Part shown: one piece after another, positions 58,618 through 64,000 of the stretch | Numbering within the stretch: the stretch's first letter is position 1 | How the letters are laid out: each line of letters starts with the position of its first letter | Assembly (NCBI GenBank): GCA_965248265.1 | Contig: CBDFJF010000002.1 | Span: forward strand, 1-64,000 | Length of the DNA stretch: 64,000 nt | From: Candidatus Latescibacterota bacterium | GTDB taxonomy: Bacteria; Latescibacterota; UBA2968; UBA8231 | Direction: 5' to 3' | Program-made: the position numbers and the translations under genes | The notes under the pieces: generated by a model | Seen by the model: only the letters and a program-made list of their open reading frames with translations | What the model was told of the DNA's origin: nothing | Database searches by the model: none

Positions 58618-59663
58618 GATCCCGGCTCCGGGGATGAATCCGTGAACGTCCTGCGCGGGTCGAAGGCGTCACGCAGGGCTTCACCGATGAAGACGAGCAG
58701 CGATAACAACAGCGCAAGCACCGCGAACGCCGTGATGCCGAGCCAGGGCGCGTGCAGGTTGCGTTTGCCCTGGCTGAGCAACTCCCCCAGTGACGGCGAC
58801 CCCGGGGGCAGGCCGAACCCGAGGAAGTCCAATGACGTCAGCACGGTCACCGAGCCGGTAAGGATGAACGGCAGGAAGGTCAGGGTCGAGACCAGGGCAT
58901 TGGGCAGGACGTGGCGGAACATGATGGTGATGTCGCCGACACCGAGAGCTCGTGCAGCGCGTACGAAATCGAAGTTGCGGGCCCTGAGGAACTCCGCCCG
59001 CACCACGCCCACAAGGCTCATCCAGCTGAAAAGCAGCATCAGTCCTAGCAGCCACCAAAAACTCGGCTCCACCAGGCTGGCCAGGATAATCAGTAAATAA
59101 AGTGTCGGCAGACCTGACCAGATTTCGACGAAGCGCTGAAACAGCAGGTCGACGAGGCCGCCGAAGTACCCCTGTACGGCGCCGGCAACGATGCCGATGA
59201 CGCAGCTGCACAGGGTCAGGGTCAGGCCGAACAACACGGAGATGCGGAAGCCGTAAATCAGCCGGGCAAACACGTCGCGCGCCTGGTCATCGGTGCCCAT
59301 CAGGTTGTCGGTGCTGGGTGGCGAGGGCACCGCTTGCCGCAGCTCGTAGTTGATGGTGCGGTAACTGTAACGGATCGGCGGCCACAGCATCCAGCCGTCG
59401 GCCTCGATCAGTTCGCGCACGAAGGGATCGCGATAGTCGGCCTCCGTTTCGAACTCGCCGCCGTAGGCGGTCTCAGGATAGCTGACGAACACGGGGAAGT
59501 AGGTGCTGCCGGCATGGCGCACGATCAACGGGTGATCGTTGGCGAGGAACTCGGCGGGCAGGGTCAGCAGCAACAAAACCAGCAGGATTCGCAGGCTCCA
59601 CCAACCCCGACGGTTGGCGCGGAAATTCTGCAGACGCCGTCGATTGAGTGAATTCAATCTCAT
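58614..59663 (-). CDS. yejE: ABC transporter permease
   Basis: FRANRRGWWSL, YPETAYGG and GTDDQARDV motifs. Confidence 0.9.
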   Translation of the reverse strand: MRLNSLNRRRLQNFRANRRGWWSLRILLVLLLLTLPAEFLANDHPLIVRHAGSTYFPVFVSYPETAYGGEFETEADYRDPFVRELIEADGWMLWPPIRYSYRTINYELRQAVPSPPSTDNLMGTDDQARDVFARLIYGFRISVLFGLTLTLCSCVIGIVAGAVQGYFGGLVDLLFQRFVEIWSGLPTLYLLIILASLVEPSFWWLLGLMLLFSWMSLVGVVRAEFLRARNFDFVRAARALGVGDITIMFRHVLPNALVSTLTFLPFILTGSVTVLTSLDFLGFGLPPGSPSLGELLSQGKRNLHAPWLGITAFAVLALLLSLLVFIGEALRDAFDPRRTFTDSSPEPGS

Positions 59664-60760
59664 ACCTGGCGATCCTCGAAGTCGATGCGTCGATCCACGA
59701 CCATGTAGGTGAGATCACCGATCAATTGGACGACCAGACCCAGCAACGTAAACAGGTAGAGGGTCGCGAACACGACCGGATAGTCGCGCTCGACGGCGGA
59801 CTCGAAACCGAGAAGGCCGAGTCCATCCAGCGAGAAAATGATCTCCGTCAGCAATGCGCCTGTGAACAGGATTCCCACGAAGGCAGCCGGGAACCCGGCG
59901 ATGACGATGAGCATGCCATTGCGGAACACGTGTCCGTAGAGGACCCGTCGTTCGCTGACCCCTTTGGCGCGTGCAGTGATTACGTATTGCTTGCCGATTT
60001 CCTCCAGGAAGGAGTTTCTCGTCAACAGCGTCAGACCGGCGAAGCCACCGATGACGAGCGAGAGGATCGGCAGACACAGGTGCCACAAGTAATCCAGGAT
60101 CTTTGCCCCGAGAGACAGCTCTGCCCAGTCAGCGGAAGTCAGACCCCGCAACGGGAACCACTGCGCGTACTCCCCGCCGGCAAACAGGACGATCAGCAGA
60201 ATGGCAAAGAGGAATCCGGGAATGGCGTTACCGATGACGACGGCGGCCGATGTCCACACGTCGAAGCGCTCGCCCTGGCGCACCGCCTTGGCTACTCCCA
60301 AGGGAATGGAGATGCCGTAGATGAGCAGCGTTGTCCACAGGCCAAGGGAAAGGGAGACCGGAATTTTGTCCAGAACGAGATCGATCACCGAGCGATCACG
60401 GTAGAAGCTGTCGCCGAAGTCGAAGGTCAGGTAGCTGCCCAGCATCTTCAGGAAACGCAGGTGCGCCGGTTGGTCGAAGCCATACAGGCGTTCGAGTTCG
60501 GCGAGCAGCTCTGGGTCCACCCCGCGCGCCCCTCGGTACCTCGATTGTGCCGTGCCCTCGGACCAGGGCAACTCCTCACCTCCGAGTGCATCGTCTCCGG
60601 CGACGCGGGCAGTCGCCGCCACATCGTGACCCTGCATGCGGGCGATCAGGCGCTCGACGGGTCCTCCCGGAGCAGCCTGCACGATGACGAAATTGATTGC
60701 CATGATCCCAAACAGCGTAGGAATCATCAGCAGCAGGCGACGAAGGATGTAAGCAGTCAT
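59660..60760 (-). CDS. yejB: ABC transporter permease
   Basis: MTAYILRRLLLMIP, APGGPVE, YRGARG and TARAKG motifs. Confidence 0.9.
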   Translation of the reverse strand: MTAYILRRLLLMIPTLFGIMAINFVIVQAAPGGPVERLIARMQGHDVAATARVAGDDALGGEELPWSEGTAQSRYRGARGVDPELLAELERLYGFDQPAHLRFLKMLGSYLTFDFGDSFYRDRSVIDLVLDKIPVSLSLGLWTTLLIYGISIPLGVAKAVRQGERFDVWTSAAVVIGNAIPGFLFAILLIVLFAGGEYAQWFPLRGLTSADWAELSLGAKILDYLWHLCLPILSLVIGGFAGLTLLTRNSFLEEIGKQYVITARAKGVSERRVLYGHVFRNGMLIVIAGFPAAFVGILFTGALLTEIIFSLDGLGLLGFESAVERDYPVVFATLYLFTLLGLVVQLIGDLTYMVVDRRIDFEDRQV

Positions 60761-62583
60761 CGGACCCACCAGGTGCGAATGATCCCCAGATCCTTGCCGG
60801 GCAGCGTGTCTGGTCGCCCGAACTTATCCCAGGTAATCAAGCGGTCGTCGACGGCGTGCCACAGCGGGATGACGTAGTGGCCCCATTGCAGGGCCCGGTC
60901 CAAGGCGCGGGCGATGGCGACCTGGTGATCTCGGTCCGATGCCGCGATCAGCAGCTCGACTAGCTGATCAACTGCGGGATCGGCGATGCCGGCGTAGTTG
61001 CGAGAGCCGGGAGAATGAGCCGCTTTCGATGTCCAGTAGTTTCGTTGCTCGTTGCCGGGGCTGTCGTACTGTCGCCATGAGCGGACGATGACATCGTAAT
61101 CGAACTCCTGCAGCCGGTTCCAGTACTGAGAGGTGTCGACGGTGCGGATCCGCGATTGGATGCCCAGTCGTTGCAGGTTCTGTTGAACGGGGCCGAGTAC
61201 GCGCTCATAGGAGGAGCGGGAGAGCAGGAACTCGATCGTCATCGTCCTTCCGCTGGGATCCACCAGCACTTCATCAGTGACCTGCCACCCGGCTGCCGCG
61301 AGCAGACGGCGAGCCTTGCGCAGGTTGGAGCGCAGACCGTGGCCATCGGTACTGGGTGGTTGGTAGACGGCGGTGAACGCTCTCTTCGGCAGGAGGTCGC
61401 GGTACGGCTCCATGATCTGAAGCTCCAGTGCGTCCGGTGTAGCGGTAGCCGCCATTTCCGAATTGCCAAAGTAACTGCTGCTGCGCAGATAGACTCCGTG
61501 GAGCTGGGTCGCGTTCGTCCACTCGAAGTCGAAGGCGTAGGCGAGGGCTTCGCGCACGCGGGGGTCCCGGAACTTGTGCCGCCGGGTGTTGAAGACGACA
61601 CCGTGCATTCCCTTTACCCGTCGATGCGGCAAGCGCTCCTGCACCAGCCGTCCTTCCAGCAACGCCGGCGTGCTGCGATAGGCGGTTGCCCACTCCCGCG
61701 CGCTGCCCACCGAACGAAGATCGTACTCTCCCGCCTTGAGGGCCTCGACCGCTACGGTCTCGTCGCGGTAGTAGTCGTAGCGAATGCGGTCGAAGTTGTA
61801 CTTCCCCACCCGTACCGGAAGATCCTCGTCCCAGTTGTCCTCGACGCGTCGATAGGTGATCGAATGACCAGGATCGACTGACTCGATCCTGTAGGGGCCG
61901 CTTCCCAGCGGCGGTTCCAGGGTCGTGCGATCGAAGGATCGCCCGCTCCAGTAGTGCTTGGGGAGCACCCGCAGCTGTCCCAGGATCAGGGGCAGTTCGC
62001 GGTTGTCCGTAGCGGACAAGGTGAACTTGACGACGTGCCGGGAGACGGCCTCCACCCGCTCGACGTCGGAGTAGAAACTGCGATAGAACGGGGTGCCTTC
62101 CCGGATCAGGGTCTCGAAGGTGAAGACGACGTCGTCGGCCGTGATCGGCACGCCATCGTGCCAACGCGCCTCCTGGCGTAAATGGAACGTCACCGAGGAG
62201 CGGTCATCAGGGCACTCGATGGTGTGCGCGAGCTCTCCGTACTGGGACAGTGGCTCGTCAAGTGACTGGGTAGTGAGGCGGCTGTAGATGAGGAAGGAAC
62301 CGCGTGCCGACACCCCCTTGAGGATGAACGGGTTGAGACTGTCGAAGGTGCCCACGGCCGCCAGCCGCAACTCGCCGCCCTTGGGCGCGCGCGGATTGAC
62401 GTAGTCGAAGTGCTCGAAGTCGGGGTCGTACTTTACGGTGCCGTGAATACCCAGTGCATGGCCGCGATAGACTTCCCCCGCGTGGCAGGGGAGGCCGCCG
62501 AAGAGGAGCGGCGCGAAGGTGAGGAAAACGATGTATGGGATTCGGTGACGCAAGGTCAACGTCGGCACAGAGGCGATAGACAT
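60757..62583 (-). CDS. yejA: ABC transporter substrate-binding protein
   Basis: HFDYVNPRAPKGG, GTFDSLNPFILKG and SPGNEQRNYW motifs. Confidence 0.9.
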   Translation of the reverse strand: MSIASVPTLTLRHRIPYIVFLTFAPLLFGGLPCHAGEVYRGHALGIHGTVKYDPDFEHFDYVNPRAPKGGELRLAAVGTFDSLNPFILKGVSARGSFLIYSRLTTQSLDEPLSQYGELAHTIECPDDRSSVTFHLRQEARWHDGVPITADDVVFTFETLIREGTPFYRSFYSDVERVEAVSRHVVKFTLSATDNRELPLILGQLRVLPKHYWSGRSFDRTTLEPPLGSGPYRIESVDPGHSITYRRVEDNWDEDLPVRVGKYNFDRIRYDYYRDETVAVEALKAGEYDLRSVGSAREWATAYRSTPALLEGRLVQERLPHRRVKGMHGVVFNTRRHKFRDPRVREALAYAFDFEWTNATQLHGVYLRSSSYFGNSEMAATATPDALELQIMEPYRDLLPKRAFTAVYQPPSTDGHGLRSNLRKARRLLAAAGWQVTDEVLVDPSGRTMTIEFLLSRSSYERVLGPVQQNLQRLGIQSRIRTVDTSQYWNRLQEFDYDVIVRSWRQYDSPGNEQRNYWTSKAAHSPGSRNYAGIADPAVDQLVELLIAASDRDHQVAIARALDRALQWGHYVIPLWHAVDDRLITWDKFGRPDTLPGKDLGIIRTWWVR

Positions 62584-62688
62584 CGAGAGGCCGCAAACCT
62601 AACTTAGCGCCAACCATCCTGTCAAAGAGGTGCCCCGAGAAGCTAACGCTTGACGCCGCCCTGGTAGAGGAGGAACAACACAGTAGCC

Positions 62689-63051
62689 ATGCAGATTAAT
62701 TCGACGATCGCAATGATGCTCTTGCTCGCCACGTGGATGGGATCCTCGTCCTGCGACATGATACCCTTTCTCGGTGACGATTCGGAACCGGTAGCGCAGG
62801 GGGTTATGAGGCAAGCGGATCAACTGGCGACGCAGGCCGAAGACATGGCTGCCGTCGCCCTGCAGATGCAGGAGAAGGCCAAGACTCTAAAGGTTGAGTA
62901 CACGCTGCTTCAGAAGGAAGCCGACGCAGCGAAGGTGAAGTGGGAAACGATGGATGAGCAGGCCAAGGGTATGAAGCAACAGGCTGCCGATATGAAATTA
63001 CGAGCCACCCAAATGAAAAAACAGGCAGAGAAGCTCAGTAGTGGGAAATAG
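62689..63051 (+). CDS. Small coiled-coil putative lipoprotein
   Basis: GAGGAGG RBS, signal peptide ending SSC, then an Ala/Gln/Lys/Met heptad helix. Confidence 0.7.
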   Translation: MQINSTIAMMLLLATWMGSSSCDMIPFLGDDSEPVAQGVMRQADQLATQAEDMAAVALQMQEKAKTLKVEYTLLQKEADAAKVKWETMDEQAKGMKQQAADMKLRATQMKKQAEKLSSGK

Positions 63052-63067
63052 TCCGTTGCGAGGTCGG

Positions 63068-63877
63068 TTATTCCAGGAACTGATGCCGCACGCCCAACAG
63101 ATTAGCCGCCGCGGAAACGAACCCGGCGACGACTAGCCACTTGAGCCGGCTGCCGTGCTGGTGCCGGATTCCCCTCGCGTACAGGTAGATGGCATAGAGC
63201 AGCCAGGTAGGTAGTGCCATCCAGATTTTGGGATCGCGCCCTCCCAGGAATTCACCCGGCGTATCGAACAGCCACATTACCCCCATCGCCAATCCGACGG
63301 TGAAGAATGAGAAACCGGCGCCGGCAGCGTAGAAGGTCGCGGCGCCGGCTGTGTCGAGAGCTGGCAGGAAGCGGTGCAACTGGCCCTGTTTCAGCATCCG
63401 CATCTGGATCAGGTAGATCACGGCGGCGCAAAACGCGAGTGCGAAGCCCACATATCCCAACAGGGTGACGAGCACGTGCACGCCCAGCCATGGAAACTGC
63501 AACAACACCGATTGGGCACTCTCGAATCGTACCGGCATTAACAACGGGTAGAGCAAGCTGAGGAACGCCAGGGGGGCTACGACCATGCCCACATTCGGAA
63601 CGCGACTCCAGCGTTCGGCGACTAATCCGATGATGACGAAGACGACGACGAGGAGTGAGATGAGGGGCAGCATGTTGGAGAGTGGTGATCGTTCCGAGAA
63701 AAAGAAATGCAGGCCGAGACCGATGGCGCTCACGATGGCCCCGAGGAGGAGCGCCCGGCGCCCCCACACGTGCAGGTCGGTCTTATTCAGCAACAGGAAT
63801 TGCACTTGAAACAAGAGGGTCGCGATCAGGTAGAGGAGCAACGAAAAGCAGAGAAACACGATACAGGCCGTGGTCAC
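63068..63877 (-). CDS. ccsA: Cytochrome c assembly protein (CcsA/HemX-like)
   Basis: Multiple TM helices, WLGVH and DPK..TWLLY motifs; coupled to hemA. Confidence 0.82.
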   Translation of the reverse strand: MTTACIVFLCFSLLLYLIATLLFQVQFLLLNKTDLHVWGRRALLLGAIVSAIGLGLHFFFSERSPLSNMLPLISLLVVVFVIIGLVAERWSRVPNVGMVVAPLAFLSLLYPLLMPVRFESAQSVLLQFPWLGVHVLVTLLGYVGFALAFCAAVIYLIQMRMLKQGQLHRFLPALDTAGAATFYAAGAGFSFFTVGLAMGVMWLFDTPGEFLGGRDPKIWMALPTWLLYAIYLYARGIRHQHGSRLKWLVVAGFVSAAANLLGVRHQFLE

Positions 63878-64000
63878 GTGCGTTCACTCCCGTCCAGGTT
63901 GAAAATGCGGCGAATCATGTCCAGTCCCAGGTAGCCATCGTCAGCGCTGGCCAGCTCTTTTATCTGTACTGATGGTTCGTGCAGTAGTTTATTGGCATAT
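63874..64000 (-). CDS. hemA: Glutamyl-tRNA reductase, 3' end (partial)
   Basis: Own translation YANKLLHEPSVQIKE...IRRIFNLD matches the HemA dimerisation-domain motif NKLLHxP. Confidence 0.8.
   Translation of the reverse strand, partial: YANKLLHEPSVQIKELASADDGYLGLDMIRRIFNLDGSERT

Noticed and set aside
1-64000. CRISPR arrays, tRNA/rRNA genes, IS transposases, integron integrase
   Set aside because: None recognised: no regularly spaced repeat-spacer units and no DDE or tyrosine-recombinase motifs in the ORFs.

Overview
GC-rich chromosomal window from a diderm bacterium (TonB-dependent receptor, lipoproteins). The many PhyH dioxygenases, dehydrogenases and glycosidase-like genes resemble Latescibacterota/Poribacteria-type genomes, which is an inference only. 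It has four parts. (1) 1-~9.86 kb is the right end of a siphovirus-like prophage: tail chaperone with a G GGA AAC -1 frameshift, tape measure protein with unusual C-terminal His-Trp repeats, tail tip and receptor-binding genes, and a terminator. It ends in a transposon-like CA terminus that appears to cut a host SDR gene. (2) 10-24 kb holds catabolic and housekeeping genes, including an ArsM-type arsenite methyltransferase and acs. (3) ~25-35.3 kb is a decaying minus-strand integron cassette array with no integrase (CALIN): five complete attC sites, several half-sites, two cassettes with perfectly complementary 11-bp ends, and toxin-antitoxin remnants. (4) 35-64 kb carries lsrF-like and dehydrogenase genes, then a moeA / ATP-grasp / MATE / radical SAM / nfuA neighbourhood. 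The radical SAM gene reads through an in-frame UGA (PWYC-U-AEP) followed by a SECIS-like hairpin, so it is a selenoprotein missed by the ORF track and possibly part of an uncharacterised organo-arsenic pathway. After it come polB, a TonB receptor pair, yejABEF, ccsA and the end of hemA. All calls come from reading the sequence by eye; no database searches were run.
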